From: Octopus sinensis
Lineage: Eukaryota
Assembly (NCBI RefSeq): GCF_006345805.1
Contig: NC_042997.1
Location: 28,272,001 to 28,336,000 of the forward strand
Direction of reading: 5' to 3'
DNA length: 64,000 nucleotides
In this document: one piece after another, positions 40,323-55,335 of the stretch
Layout: each line of letters opens with the position of its first letter
Position numbering within the stretch: position 1 is the stretch's first letter
Notes under the pieces: generated by a model
The model's database searches: none
Told to the model about the DNA's origin: nothing
What the model saw: only the letters and a program-made list of their open reading frames with translations
Made by a program: the position numbers and the translations under genes

Positions 40323-40649
40323 TACATCTTTAAGTATTACAGTGCTGATACATATTTTGCCTTCTTATTTTGCATTCAACTTTTAAGAAAGCCTTCGACT
40401 GTTTTCCAGATTTAAATAAAAATTTTGCCGAGGTTAAATTTTTTCTCGTTTTTACTCATTTTTACTCAAATTTTCAGTTATTTCAAATGAATACACTCCT
40501 TAAAAATGTATATAATTATATTACTTTTAATCATATTAATTTATTGAAGAATTTTCTTATTTTATATTCTAGTCATTTTAAAATATATTTGAATGCGTAT
40601 ATACGTTTGATGTAGATACGTACCTTGATGTGAATATATGTTTATGTAT

Positions 40650-40953
40650 ATATCACCGTGATCGACCAGGCTATTAGATGTTGCTGCACATCGCTGGTCA
40701 CAATGCGCTTCGCATTGTTTTAGCCTTCTAAGGACGCCACCCCGCTGGCTAAGCGAGCAGGCCAACAGAAGAAAGAGTTAGAGAAAGTTGTAGCGAACGA
40801 GTACAGCAGGGATCGCCACCATCCCCTGCCGGAGCCTCGTGGGGCTTTAGGTGTTTTCGCTCAATAAACACTCACAACGCCTGGTCTGGGAATCGAAACC
40901 GCGATCCTACGACCGCGAGTCCGCTGCCCTAACCACTGGGCCATTACGCCTCC
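40650..40953 (-). mobile_element. SINE family B, tail type 1, full length
   Basis: Same head and tail as 18199-18441. Confidence 0.9.
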
Positions 40954-41050
40954 GCATATATGTATATATATATATTATATATTATATATATATATATATT
41001 ATATATATATATAATATATATATATATTATATATATATATTATATATATA

Positions 41051-41125
<75 letters not shown>

Positions 41126-41129
41126 ATAC

Positions 41130-41184
<55 letters not shown>

Positions 41185-41864
41185 ATATTTTTTTCGTGTG
41201 TACATGTATGTTACTTTTGCATGTAAGTTATGTATTTATGTGTATATGCATATCTTTTTATATATGTGCATTTGCAAGCTTACTGAAGCATATAACATCT
41301 GTTAGATGCTATTTTAGAACACCAACTTCTAAATCATTTCATTCTCCTTCTGTGTCTATTTTCTCTTTCTCTTTCTAATTTTCTTCTCTTTCTTCTTTCT
41401 TAACTTCCACCACTTCTGTTTATTTTACTTTTTCTATCTCTCACCGCTTATCTGATTTTCGTTTCGTTTGTATATTTGAAACACACCCTGAGAAGTATTC
41501 TGTTCATATATATATATATATTTATGTACGTGGATACCTATATATACATTCGTATATATTTATATTTTGCTTGTATTTGTTTGTATGTAACCATGTACCA
41601 ACGTCTGTATGATTAGTGTTCATATAGGTTTTTTGGTTTGTATATATATTACTAAATTTATATATATTTTTATGATGTTAGTTCTTTGTAAATGTTTGTA
41701 TTTTGAACAGACATTTCTTTCTAATCTATTTTTCTTACCATGGATTAATTTATCCTTGCCTATAGAGGTTTTTTTTCCTTCAAATAAAACTAATTCCTAA
41801 TTTAAGGATTTCTTCGATTTTATAATATGACTTTAAATCGTAATTGTAATTTTGTATTACTGTC

Positions 41865-42182
41865 ACTCCGTCGGTTACGACGATGCGGGTTTCATTTGAT
41901 CCGATCAACGGAACAACCTGTTCGTGAAGTTAACGTGCAAGTGACTAAGCACTCCACAGACACGTGTGCCCTTAACGTAGTTCTCAGGGAGATACAGCGT
42001 GACACAGAATGTGACAATGCCGGCTCTTTGAAATACAGGTACTACTCATTTTTGCCAGCTGAGTGAACTGGAGCAACGTAAAATAAAGTGTCTTGATCAA
42101 GGACAAAACGCATTGCCGGGAACTAAACTTACAACCTTATGATCGTGAACCGAATGACCTAATCATTAGACCACGCGCCTTC
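41865..42182 (-). mobile_element. SINE family D (CORE-like), tail type 2
   Basis: Reverse complement aligns with 61904-62224. Confidence 0.85.
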
Positions 42183-42465
42183 GCTGTAATTTCAGATAAC
42201 CGGTTATTGAAATGACCGTTAATTCACGGGACCAACGAGACTAAACCATTTTCAAAAGTGTATCTATTAACGAAATCGTATATTCATACATATAACCATA
42301 TTTTGTTCCATTTTCAACCAAAAGAATCAGACGAACGGAAACGTGAAACTCTGAGTAACAGCTTTAGTTATGACTTTACAGTTTTATTAATAAAGCATAT
42401 ATTACTCTACCTCCGGTATTCGAACACTATTTTTTCACTTTGTTTCATATTCTTGTGTTCACTCT

Positions 42466-42506
<41 letters not shown>

Positions 42507-43584
42507 CTTTAATGGAATTAAGTAGTGAAAATGGGGTTTCATTTAAAAAAAAATTCCATTAGATATCAAAAGAGTTGAATTTGGTTGTTGTCTTGGGAAA
42601 GGAAAATTCCTATGCAGACAAAAGCCAATTGTTATTTGCGTACGATTTGATTCTGCAATTACATCAATGTATAAATACGTACTTTATTACAATGTATGTT
42701 ATATGCTGCACTAATGTTTTATAAGTATCATATAATACGTATAAACATCTCTGTCTATCTCTCTATCTATCTGTGAGTATGTGTGTGTGTGTGTACATAT
42801 AAATTATTCACACGCTCAGACACACGACTGAAGCACACACACATATGTGCACATGCACAAACACACACTTGCAAACACACACACTTGCACACACACATAC
42901 ATACACACTCACACACATATGTAGGGAGTGAGTGAGGAATATTTCCTTACTGATATCCGTTACATTGGCAGATGTTTCCTATTCTTTCTTGCATCTGTAG
43001 TTAAACTATGCTACAAAAGGAAAGAAAGATCATAACCAATATTGTGCACTAACTATAAATTTTAGAGGTTTGTATCAGTCGATTACATCGACCCTAAACT
43101 TGAACTGGCTTTGATTTTATCGACTCCTTAGCGATAAAGAGATAATTGGCCTCAGCGGAATTTTAACATAGAACGTAAAACGGACGAAAGGTCACCAAAT
43201 TTTTTATTCGGCGTGCTAGCGATTCTGCCAGCATGGGATCCTATAATCATGCTACAAATAATAATAATAATGGTTAGGTATTAAATCAATAACAGATTAT
43301 TAGTGCATCACACGTGACTTCACACCTGGGTATACAGCTATCCATCGACTAAGAATGTGGATAAGACCATGAACAAATTTGTATGATGAGTTAAGTATTG
43401 ATTTGTTTGAACTTCTGTATTTGGACTGAGTATCTAATTGGTATACATATTTGAGCATTTTGTAAATCATCTGCAAGCAAGATAAACTATTGTTCTAATG
43501 CGTGCCTAAACTTTTGTGTAGTTGATCAAATGACGGTGCACCTTTGTGGCAACTGAACCTGTTAGAAATAGCAGAAATATTTAA

Positions 43585-43790
43585 GGCGGCGAGCTGGCAG
43601 AAACGTTAGCATGCTGGTCGAAACACTTAGCAGTATTTCGACCAGCTGAGGTCGACTTTGCCTTTCATCCTTTCAGGGTCGATTAAATAAGTACCAGATA
43701 TGCACTGGAGTCGATAAAATCGACTCAATCCGCTTGTCTGTCCTTGTTTGTCCCCTCTGTGTGTAGCCCCTTGTGGGCAGTAAAGAAATA
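43585..43790 (+). mobile_element. SINE family C with 15-bp TSD
   Basis: AAATAGCAGAAATAT at 43566-43580 and 43793-43807. The head has an internal deletion. Confidence 0.88.
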
Positions 43791-44440
43791 TAAAATAGCA
43801 GAAATATCTCCATAATTTAAAGCGTTTCCATGCAGGAAAAAACGAATTGCCACTTATTTTAAATTTTCGGGCATCATAAATAAAAATAAGACATTGGGTA
43901 ACGTAATCCTAGATTCTTTGTACATGAGCAGCTCACGATTTGAATGCATTTTCTGATAGTTCTGTGTTATGACGGCTGACCTAATTTACAATTATGAGCG
44001 GGTTCTTTATTTTTATTTTCCATTTTATATTCTTATTTTCACTGTCCCTTTTATTCCATGTTCTTCCAACTTGTACACACGGGAGTGTGAAAGGCAGTTC
44101 ATGGGGAGAGCTTAACCAAACTATCTTCTGGCAGTCATTAAACGTCATTAAACGTCATTACACGTCTACAAATTTTATGAAACGTCTTGCGTGTTTAGCC
44201 CACGTTTACTTTTATCGTTTACGTTTTACTTTTTTCACACTTACAAATGAAGCGAAAGAACAAAATAGTCAAATTCCACAAATTTATATTTTCTGATAGC
44301 GGCAAACCCAGTTATGCATAATCCTTATCACATATTATGATATGACTTCGGAACATTAGCACCGATTGGTTTGTGCTCTAGGATTTTAAATTGTTTTCTT
44401 TTCACATCAAGGCACATGTAAAAATGTGCATCTGTTATCG

Positions 44441-44903
44441 TTTACTTTTTACTTGTTTCAGACATTAGATGTTGGGACACCACCTTGGAGAATATTTTAG
44501 TCGAAGGAATTGACCCCAGGATTTATCTTTTAAGCCTAATACTTATTATGTCGGCGTTTTTGCCGAACCGCTAAATTACAGAGACGTAAACACACCAGCA
44601 CTGGTGATCAAACAGTGGTGAGGGACAAACACAGGCAAAAAGACACACGCATGCACTCATAAGCACACATGCACACATACACACACATGCACACATACAC
44701 ACACATGCACACATACACACACATGCACACATACACACACATGAATATGCGACGAGCTTCTTTCAGTTTCCGTCTAACGAATCCACTCACAAGGCTTTTA
44801 TCAGTCCGATTCTATAATAGAAAACGCTAGACCATGGTGCCACGCAGTGAAATTAATCGCTGAACCATGTATTTGGAACGTAAGCTTCTTACTACATAGC
44901 CGC
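44441..44903 (-). mobile_element. Degraded SINE family A
   Basis: Tail, CA tract and head are recognisable. Confidence 0.75.
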
Positions 44904-45445
44904 AAAATATGTATCTATCATTGAGCAGATAATTTTCAATTAATTAGTAAGTTTTGAGCAAAATACTTAATACTTTCTACATGCCAACTGGTTAGTCGGT
45001 CCCGTTAACTATTTCAAATTGCTCTATGTTCTCAACATTACACCCTTCTGTACTTATCAGAGTTACGCTATGTTTCTGCACATGAAAATATATAGTTTAG
45101 TGTTTCTGACTTTCTCAAAGTCATTCCAAGCCCGCTTACCATTCTTCTATGATTTTATTCTGATTCTCTTTAGAATGACTGTATTTGAAATATTCATGTT
45201 GTACATTTCATATTTTGATATTCAGGTTTCTGTTATGTTTTGATTAAAATTTAACATGTTACGTCTGCCATTCTTACTAGGAATATATTTTCGTCTTTTC
45301 CTATGTCTGTGAATGTGATTTTCATTGTTTCATTTCTGTGTTTTCATGTCCATAATTCCATCATAAATTGATATTTTCGTAAAATGTCTACTTTTATTGC
45401 ATATATTTGAACAAACATTAATGTGAATATGTCTGCACAAAACTA

Positions 45446-46695
45446 TTGGGTTGGCAACTAAGTTCCCGCCATTTAAAAAAAATGTTTGAATTTATTACGT
45501 TTTTAAATTTTGGAATCTATGTTTTTCGACAATTCTATTTTAGAATCATTTTGGAATCTTTTTTTTTCTAGCTAATTTTATTTAATTTTTGCATATTTTC
45601 ATATTATTAAAATACAATATCAAGTTAAGAAAAACGAGCATTTTTGACACTCTTTCTTTTTGCTTTTAATCAAGGTTCTAAAGCCGCAAAAGCCGCTCGC
45701 GACGTTTGTGATGTGTATGGATAGGGTGCGTGATTGGTATGCCAAGTTCAAAAATGAAAATTTTGACCTCAAAAATGCACCTCGTTCTGGCCGTCCAGTT
45801 GAGTTCGATGAAGAGTCACTAAAGCGACTTTTGCACAAAGACTCTCGTCAAACGACAAGAGAACTGGCAGAGAAAATGGAATGCTCCCACACTGCTATAG
45901 AGAAGCATCTTCATTTCATGGGAAAGGTTCAGAAATATGGAGCTTGGGTTCCGCATTCTTTAAGTGACAACAACAAAAATCAACGAGCCACGATCTCCGC
46001 TGCTGTGCTTGCTGGTCACTGCTCAACTCATGGACACAAGCAACGATTTCTTTACCGAATGGTTACTGGCGACAAAAAATTTGTGCCTGTTCATCAATAT
46101 GAAGCAGTGTAAGGAATGGCTTAGCCCCGGTAAACAAGCGACACCGCGCGTGAAACAATATCTACATCCGCGGAAAACGATGTTGTGTCTATGGTAGAAC
46201 TGGGAAGGGATTATCCATTAGAAATTGCTTGAACGGAACCAAACAGTCAACGCGGAACTCTACGTTCAACAGATGGAACGACTCAACATGGCTATTCAAG
46301 AGAAAATACCTAATCGTCAGCATGGAGTTCTTCTGCTGCACGACAACGCATGACCAAGGAAGCCATTCAAGCGCATGGGTGGGAAGTGCTGCCACACCCG
46401 CCGTACTTACCTGATTTGGCACCTACGGATTCCCACCTCTTTCGAATCTCTCTCAAATTCAATGCGCGGAGTTTCGTACAATAATGATACATAATTGAGA
46501 ACTTGCTTGGATCAATGTTTCGAGTCGACATCGTGTGATTTCTACCAACGAGGTATTGAAAATATTATTGAACGTTGGGAAGAAGTTGTAAACAACAAGG
46601 GTGAATACATTATTGATTAATTTGTTGGGGCTTTTTATGAAACCTTTTAAAAAGTTTAAATTTAAAAAACGGTGGGAACTTAGTTTCCAAGCAAA
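45446..46695 (+). mobile_element. Near full-length mariner transposon, inactivated
   Basis: TA|TTGGGTTGGCAACTAAGTTCCCGCC left TIR with a matching right TIR ending at 46695. Transposase motifs WVPH, TGDK, HPRK, HDN and HPPYLPDLAP, with stops and frameshifts. Confidence 0.95.
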
Positions 46696-48630
46696 TGTAT
46701 TTAGGCAACAATGTTCTATTAGACTTCATTAATAAGTATCCTTCGTAACGCAAGCAGTCTTCAAGCGTTTCTGATAATCAATTTCAGATTTCATATTATG
46801 GTTGTTCTTTTTTGCCCTAGGAAAATTTTGTTACAAACGCTAAATTATTAATTTTAAGGCTATAACTTAATCTTAGCTATTAAAAATATCCGCTAGTAAT
46901 ACTCTATTGATTACGCAGAATTTATTCTTAATCGTTGCTACTACACTGGCCGAATCTCAATTAGAATGTTGCATCACGTCAACACGTTACAGTGTTTAAT
47001 TTCGTTGCATGGTGTATTGATACCAAACACTAACTGCGAAACAAGCTTGTGAAGGAAAATGTAAAGAAAGAAAATCATGACATCCGTCTCATAATCTCTG
47101 TCATTGATATAGATATCTAGACTTATCACAGTATATATCACGCTGATTCCAATACATGATAAGTTTTAGGTTATTACAGTGTTTGGAATAACCATCTATA
47201 TAGATCATACGTTAACGAGAAAGCAGTTCCTTGATTTGAACAACTGGTGTCCTCATCGACGAAATCGTACAGATTTGTTGACCGTTAATATACACGTTAA
47301 TATAGGTGGTCTTGTGCCAAAATTTAAACGAGTATTTACAGTTAACAGGGTGCGACCTGTCAGTATCTGTACGAGGCAGACAAAATACTTAGCGGGATTT
47401 GATTCACTATTACATTCTAAGTTCAAATCCTGCTGAGGTCAGCTTTGCATTTCGGAGACGATAAAACAAGTACTAGTTTAGTACTGGGGTCGATGTAATC
47501 GATTGACTCTCTTGCTGTCCTTGCGTCAAAATTTGAAACCATTATGTACTGCCAGATCGTACGTTTCATTCATTTGATCTATAATATTTGAAGTTCCGAG
47601 CAAATTCACTATGTTCTATAGTAACATTAAATTGGTAGAGAAAATAGTTTGCTATATTTCTGTTTGCTCTTTTTCTATCAAGTGTTATTTCGAAAGATAT
47701 TAGTTTTGACTTTTTCCGGTCGGTTAAATAAAACATCAGCTACGCATACTGTACGCAACCCCTTTCTGCTTTTGTTGCAAGACCCTGAGCTGGGCTGTAG
47801 AAAGAAATTGAGGAACCACTTTTAAAGTTCTTTTCATCCAAGTTCACAGCTTTTACTCAATACAATGAATAGTAGAGAATTCTACAGTATCACCGTCTAA
47901 ATCGATGTGTTAAGCATGTTAAAAACAGTGTTAGCAAAACTTTGCGAAAATGACGTCAGTAATGTCTGTAATTCAACCCGTCAGATGCAAATAGAATATT
48001 TGTGTACAATTTTGATATTCACTTTGAATTTAATTAATGTATCATGCATTTTCATTAAGATTCAAATATTAATTGCCTCAAGATGGAAAAAAATATCAAT
48101 AATATGACTACGTGTAAAAGTCGTGCATATTTTGGCAGAATAATTATGAGTTTTAAAGATTTGTCACATTTGAAATAGGAATTGAGTAAATTGATTTTAT
48201 GAGAGCATTGAGAACCTTTACAAAAATGTCTCTTTATATTCCAAATGAGTTTCTAATCACCATGCTAGCATTTTCAAAATAAACTACATCAATTGTTCCC
48301 TTAATGTTATACTGCAATGTTTCTATAATATGACTGAAAGACGGCTTATAAAATCTTGGATTAACTAAGGATTAAATGAACCAGATTATAAACATCGTAC
48401 AGGTTCAAACATCATTTTCTATTATGAACGTTATATTTCGACAGCTAGAATTTTGGTCGACAAATCTAAAAAGAAAAACTATAAATAACAATTCTTTCGT
48501 TGCGGTAACTTCAAAACATTTTATCTAGGTATAAAATTTTGTCGTTTATCCCTTCAGATATCCGTTGAATATAAATCTCATTCTAGGTATATTCGTTTCT
48601 TCTCACTAACGATCTTATGGATTTCCATAA

Positions 48631-48646
48631 ATGAAAGAAGCCTGTC

Positions 48647-48690
<44 letters not shown>

Positions 48691-48912
48691 ATGTGTGTGT
48701 GTATTTATGTGTTTGTGTTTGTTCCCCTAGCATTGCTTGACAACCGATGCTGGTGTGTTTACGTCCCCGTCACTTAGCGGTTCGGCAAAAGAGACCGATA
48801 GAATAAGTACTGGGCTTACAAAGAATAAGTCCCGGGGTCGATTTGCTTTACTAAAGGCGGCGCTCCAGCATGGCCGCAGTCAAATGACTGAAACAAGTAA
48901 AGACTAAAGAGT
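48631..48912 (+). mobile_element. 5'-truncated SINE family A
   Basis: Body and tail only. Confidence 0.88.
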
Positions 48913-48959
48913 ATATATATACCAATCAACGCGCAATGGCTAGGAAAAATAAGTTTTCC

Positions 48960-49032
48960 GGTACGCATGGGACTCGAATCCACACCTCTTTGTTTACGCA
49001 ACCGAGTGTCATAGCGATTGCAGTAGCGAACC
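48960..49032 (-). tRNA. tRNA-like pseudogene (Thr-CGT-like loop), inverted copy
   Basis: 73 nt. Acceptor GGTTCGC/GCGTACC, T-loop TTCGAGT, followed by a T-run. Confidence 0.5.
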
Positions 49033-49426
49033 TACCTGCTTTTTTCTCTCAGATTTCAGAACAATAAGTAGTTCGTAGTAGTTTCGATAAACAAAATATC
49101 ATGTGTTTTTACTGCGAATGGCTTTATTAAGCAGTGCCGATTCTTACAATTCTGTAAAAAATGATGATAATGAATAGTATTTTATAAGCTTAAAGCTTAT
49201 AGTGTTTACCGTGCAATGACTAAGGAAAATATTCTAATAATAGGGCATATAAGCTCTCAACAGAAAAAAGTAGGTTTTACCCCTCTTTTAGGGGTTTAAT
49301 TTTACAGAATTGTAAAAATCAGTACTGCTTAACAAAACCATTCGCAGTAAAAGCACATGATATTTTGTTTACAAAAATAACTACGAAATAATCATAGTAC
49401 TTAAATCTGACAGAAAAAAGCAAGAA

Positions 49427-49499
49427 GGTTAGCTAGTGTAATCGGTAGCACACCTGATCGCGTAAACAGAGAGGTGTGGGTTGCAGTACCACGCGTACG
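49427..49499 (+). tRNA. tRNA-like pseudogene within a ~306-bp repeat unit
   Basis: D-stem GTGT/ACAC, T-stem GTGGG/ACCAC, TTTTTT at 49509-49514. Confidence 0.5.
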
Positions 49500-49852
49500 G
49501 GAAAACCATTTTTTCTGTCGTGGGGTTTATATACCGCATTATTAGACCATTTCCTAAGTCATTGCTCGCTGATCGATATAAGCTTTGAGCTTATAAAATG
49601 TTATTATTTACAGAAGTGTTAACACCAGCACTGCTTAACAAGACCATTCGCAATATATAACGTACATGTCACTTTTGTATATATTATCGTGAGGGACATG
49701 CTTTTCAAATTTCGTTGTATTTGCAAATTTGTACGTAAATGTATATACCATGCTCACGCCTAAATATAACCAGTTGTCTATAGGCACGCACACATACACC
49801 CACAAACATAGACACACACACACACGTACAAACATATATATATATTATATAT

Positions 49853-49888
<36 letters not shown>

Positions 49889-49922
49889 CTTACATATACA
49901 CACACATAGATAGTGATACACA

Positions 49923-49995
<73 letters not shown>

Positions 49996-49996
49996 G

Positions 49997-50553
49997 TTGG
50001 TAACTAAGTTCCCGCCGTTTTTGTTTTCATTTAAATTTTTTTAAATGATTAATAAAAAATAGCAACTAATTAATCAATAATGTACAATTTCCCAACGTTC
50101 AAAAAGATTTTCAATACCTCGTTGGTAGAAATCACCCGATTTCGACTCGAAAAATTAATCCAATGAAGCTCTCAATTCTGCAACATTATTGAACGAAACT
50201 CCGCGCATAGCATTTGAAAGAAATCGAAAGAGGTGGAAATCCGTAGGTGCCAAATCAGGAGAGTACAGCTGGTATGGCAGCCATGCGTTTTAATGGCTTC
50301 CTTGGTCATATTGGCGATATGAGAGCGGGCGTTGTCGTACAGCAGAACTCCAATGCTGGCGATTAGGTCTTTTCTCTTGAATAGACGTGATGAGTCGTTC
50401 CATCTGTTGAACATAGAGTTTCGTTAGATAATCCCTTCCCAGTCCCACCATACGCTCAACATCGTTTTACACGGATGAAGATCTTATTTCACGCGCGCTT
50501 GTTGTCACTTAAAGCATGCGGAACCCAAGCTCCATACTTCTGAAACTTTCCCA
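49997..50553 (-). mobile_element. Partial mariner, same family as 45446-46695
   Basis: TIR TTGGTAACTAAGTTCCCGCC and the transposase 3' half, with an internal deletion after WVPHALSDN. Confidence 0.9.
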
Positions 50554-50950
50554 TATATATATATATATATCAGGTAAAAATGTATCAGCACTTAAATTGG
50601 ACGTTGTATCGGGACACAAAATACTGCCAATTTTAACATGAGCATACTGTTATTTCCAGCGGTCAGATACCAATAATTGACACGGCCAAAGAAGCCGAAA
50701 TAATGTGACCTAGTAGTCCTAGCAGCCCAAGCTGCAGTGATTGTCTCCCGCTACCGATGTATCAAGAGGTTCTTATATTTGCACCGCAAAACCATACGAG
50801 AGTTTCTGTCATTATCAAAATCGCACACACACACATATAGATAGAAATAAGAGCTAAAGCGCTTTGATGCTGCAGTCAACGCACATAATTGCATACATAC
50901 ATGTGTGTGTGTGGTGTATTTGTGTGCGTGCGTGCATGTGTGTGTGTGTA

Positions 50951-50985
<35 letters not shown>

Positions 50986-53439
50986 TTTTGTGCATTATTC
51001 ACTCTGTACCATTTAGGTGTTGTAAAGACGAGCAGAATTATTTTATCCACTTCCTGTGTATGATGATTCCCGTATCAAAATTCAGCATCGAATCTTTAGC
51101 TACAATCTCATCAGTCAGAAATATAAAATATAGATTCAAACTCTTAGCCACACGGACACGTTCACACGTGTTTGTCAGGGCGACAGAAGTGAATGCTGAT
51201 GTTACATATATTTTTCTGCATTTCTAAAGGTAACGCACGAACATACACGAAAGAGACATCTGTAGGTATATAACTATTTTAGTTACTTTGTATGAATTAG
51301 AAGTACACACTAACAGGTATACTGTAGGCACACTGTCCTGCCTTTGTTGCCTAATTTTTGAACTTGTCAGTTATCAGTAACAAAACAATTGTTATATCAT
51401 CGAATCAAATTGATGTGTGTTTTCTTTTTCTCGAAAATCATTAAGCACAGTAACATTCATATTATTATTTTTGAACAGATTCTTTGTCAGTTTTTGCAGT
51501 TACGATATATACACGAGAAATCAAATGAATAATTACAACTAAATTACACCTCATATAAAGAAAATTCTAATTAGGATATTTAAGCAATCAATTTATATAT
51601 TGATTGATATATTTCAACTGATAATTACTAGGTACTTGGTTAGCCATTCCTCATCAAATAGCCCACCGTACCATACTTCAGCAATCTACACGCAACGAGC
51701 TTTTGTGAAGTGGCTCCATACAATTTTAGTTAGCAAACAGAGATCCTACTTCATATTGCTGCTTTAGTTGAAATAGGTTTCGGGAGAATAGAGAAATATC
51801 ACGACCGCAATGTACTTATCGATAGGTGTACTCATTGACGGTTAATGGTATACTACTAAGCCCATATCCACACTATATATATATATATTCTACTCTAGAT
51901 GTGGCACCCTTAAACACTTTTTCTGTATTTCGCTTTACTAAATGCTGTACCTCATGTCAGGCCAAATATTCATAAACAAAAGGTAACGAAGTAATACTTT
52001 TAACAAAAATTTTCTCCCAAATAAAAACATATATCGAATTATCTTCACTTCTGATATTTTATTATGGTCTGATTTAATATACGTCTGCTTACACTCGCCC
52101 GGTCCATTCTCTAATTGAAAGGCTAGAGGCGTCTAATCCAAGTGCATAACACATCTCCTTCATGTTAATTGATATGAATAAATACTTTTAACTTGTAAGC
52201 AAAACAATCTCACTCAATACCATCAAAGCAATCAATGTATTATATACTGATAATTGATCATTTAAAATGTTTCCACTCTTTCTCTACTAAATATACATAA
52301 CCGGGGAGACATTAGCTAAGCAATTTTGATTAACTAACTTTAAAATTCTCCCTACCTAATAGATAGAAAGTTTCCCATTCAAACATAAATGCCAAATAAA
52401 AACCAATATCACTTCTAGCGGTTAGATATATAAATGAATTGGACAAAGTACATTTAATATAATAATGCATAAACGAATAATGGTAATAAGAAAAATCAAT
52501 GAAAAGAATGACGTAGCTTAAGGATATTACGTATAATAAGATGGCAGAGATAATATTATTTTAGTTTTACGTGGATTTTTTTTCAATTTCTCGATTTGCG
52601 ATGAATCACAATATCGACCCTAGTTTCCGTTATGTAGTACCAGACATAACAACTTCAAGGCATTGCAAAACATGCTCATTCATTTTACACTACAAATCAT
52701 GCAGTATATTTTTTTATGATACTGAAGTATACACTCTTCACACTGCATGCCGTTGTTCTATTTGTGCTGTGTATATATTTGAAAACAAACTGCAGCAAAC
52801 ATGATACACAACTTTATAATTGCGTTCGACTACGTGTTTGTGTGTATATGTATGTGTTTTGTGCGTGTACCTATCCATAAATATTCATAATGCTCAAAAA
52901 CATACCCATTAAAATAAAGTATGGCTGACATAGCTTTTAAATCCTAGTGAAATGTTTACAAATAAGATGTAAAAACATATTGAAATATCAAATAAATTTT
53001 AAGTAAATCATGTTCTTCCATTGTGAAAGCTTCGTGGCACTAATGTAAAAGCAATAACTGATAACTATTTAATGCATAATGAAGTAGAGACTATGTATTT
53101 TCAAAACCATTTATTAGACTATGTTGCTGAAATTATGTATTTGATACTATTTCAACAGAAATAGTACTTATCTCTAGGCTGACAATGAATTTTATGTTTA
53201 AGCAGCGGGAAAGGAGACAGCTGTTATAATATTGAAAAGAGCAGATTGGATGTAAATATCTGAATGTCTGATAAGAATTATTGTTAATAAAATTATGATG
53301 TTTCTGACGAGTAATATTTAGATATTAAACACTTTTATTCTTATGCCAAAACGAGTTGAGAGTGTTTAAGCATATTGAGACTGTATTCACAAGTGATTTA
53401 AGGCAGGGGACCGCATTGGATTCTACAATTGCAGGTGAT

Positions 53440-54370
53440 GTTAGAGTTCTCGATCTTCAGAAGAGGAAAGGTTGGCAAAAGAGTCGAGGTCGTTGTCCTC
53501 AATATATTTTTTGTATTTATTTTCACCTATGGTCATAAATATTGTGAAATTACCCATCCAGTAGGATCGCTTATACAAATGGCCGCGAAAAGAATCATTT
53601 GAAGGAACACTGGAATAACGTTAATCAACAGAGTGCTTAGATCAGAGGTCCGCGAGCCCCTAGGTGTCGAGCCGCTACTTTAATGCATTGAATGATCACA
53701 ACTCTTGTCTTATGGCCATGTGATTACAATGTCAGAGAAAGAGTAATTAGGCAGATTCTTCGAGTCGAGTCAAATAGTAGGGGACCCAGGAGTAGACCAA
53801 GAACGAGGTATTTGGATATCATTCAGAGTCTCAGTTGATTATGCTTAGGAAATCAGTAACAAAGTCTAATGACGTTGCTTCTAATAAGGTCTTATGAAGA
53901 AGGTTAGTGAGGTATCTACCATCACGACACTCCTACGAATAGTGCGCAGAGAAGACGGGTGGATACATGATATTTAGAACTATAGTAAATGTAGGTCGGT
54001 TTCATATTCAATTGTCATAACGATTTTATTCCTGGATGTGTACAGAATGCCGAATATTACATTTAATTTGAGAATAACTCTGGCAGTTCGCTTTGCAAAA
54101 CTCTGCAAATCAGTGACTGTATGGCAGTCTTACTACGATCACATTGGTAACTGGAGAAAGAACACGCCATGCAGGACTCTATTAGAGAGAAAAGGATGAA
54201 ATATCCAACGACCCATGGGTGTGTGTATATCAGCAGCATAAGAAAAGCATATATTGATCAATTTATAGAATGCACTGTGTATCAGATCACGGATATGAAA
54301 ACTGGGATGGAAGATGGGGATTTATGGCGCGGAAGAATTGATTAGTCCGGACAATTAATCCGACCGGAGA
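53440..54370 (+). pseudogene. Two decayed RTE-type LINE 3' ends
   Basis: LLSYGHVI...RPRTRYLDII (~53700-53830) and YIDQF...MEDGDLWR (~54100-54350). Confidence 0.5.
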
Positions 54371-55335
54371 GATAGTGCCATATTATATAAATAAATGCTT
54401 CAGATTTAAACGACGACTGTCCATAAATATACATGTATCACAGAATAATAAACTAGGAGTGGTTGTGAATAATTGTGCTGGTTACGACATTATGGGAAAG
54501 CTATGGAATGTAACGTCAAATTTTTAACTTAATTCTAATAGACGATTACTGAATAATTGTATAAAAATAAGCAGTTAAAAGCATGCAAGTTGCGCTCTCT
54601 GCAAATGAGATGTATCCAACCCAGTAAAGGAATACATTCTTTTCTACTCTAGGCACAAGGCCCGAAATTTTGGGGGAGGATGCCAATCGATTAAATCGAC
54701 CCCAGTACGCAACTGGTACTTAATTTATCGACCCCGAATGTATGAAAGGCAAAGTCGACCTCGGACGAGTAAACGAGTACGTTATAAGATCCATGGACAG
54801 AATACAATATTTGTGAAGATATGAAATAAATATTCCAAATACTTATGGTACCAATAATTTGGGACTCCAAATGCATTTTTCTTTTGTAAATCATCGCGTG
54901 AAACAACACTCTCACCGTAACATGTTTGTATTTTGGTCATTTGTAAATTTCTTGATGAAAAGACAGATCAGGTGTTGTATTAGACATAGTAAAGAAAGCG
55001 TAAGCATTTTCGAAACTCCACGCATATGAAATTACACAGAATATTGTACTACAGAAATATCGTATGAGATAAAATAAATTCCAAAGAACATCTATCAAAA
55101 TAAATCAGTTGATGATGACACTGTTAAAGGAAATGAGACGGGGAAGTTATGATAAAATTGTGTTCCTTAATATATAATAACAATTATCAAGTACCATTAT
55201 ACCAATGTTCTATAATTAGTGTTACGCCAGGTAAAATTTTAAATCTTGTATTATAGTCCTATTCCGATATTTGAATATGTGTGTGTTGAGTATGAGTGTA
55301 CATATTTGTGTGTGTGTATGTGTATTAGTGTTTTT

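Noticed and set aside
47750-47794. 45-nt minus-strand mini-exon candidate
   Set aside because: Only splice-like signals, too short to evaluate.
51017-51229. Segment bounded by a good acceptor and donor
   Set aside because: All three frames contain stops before the donor.
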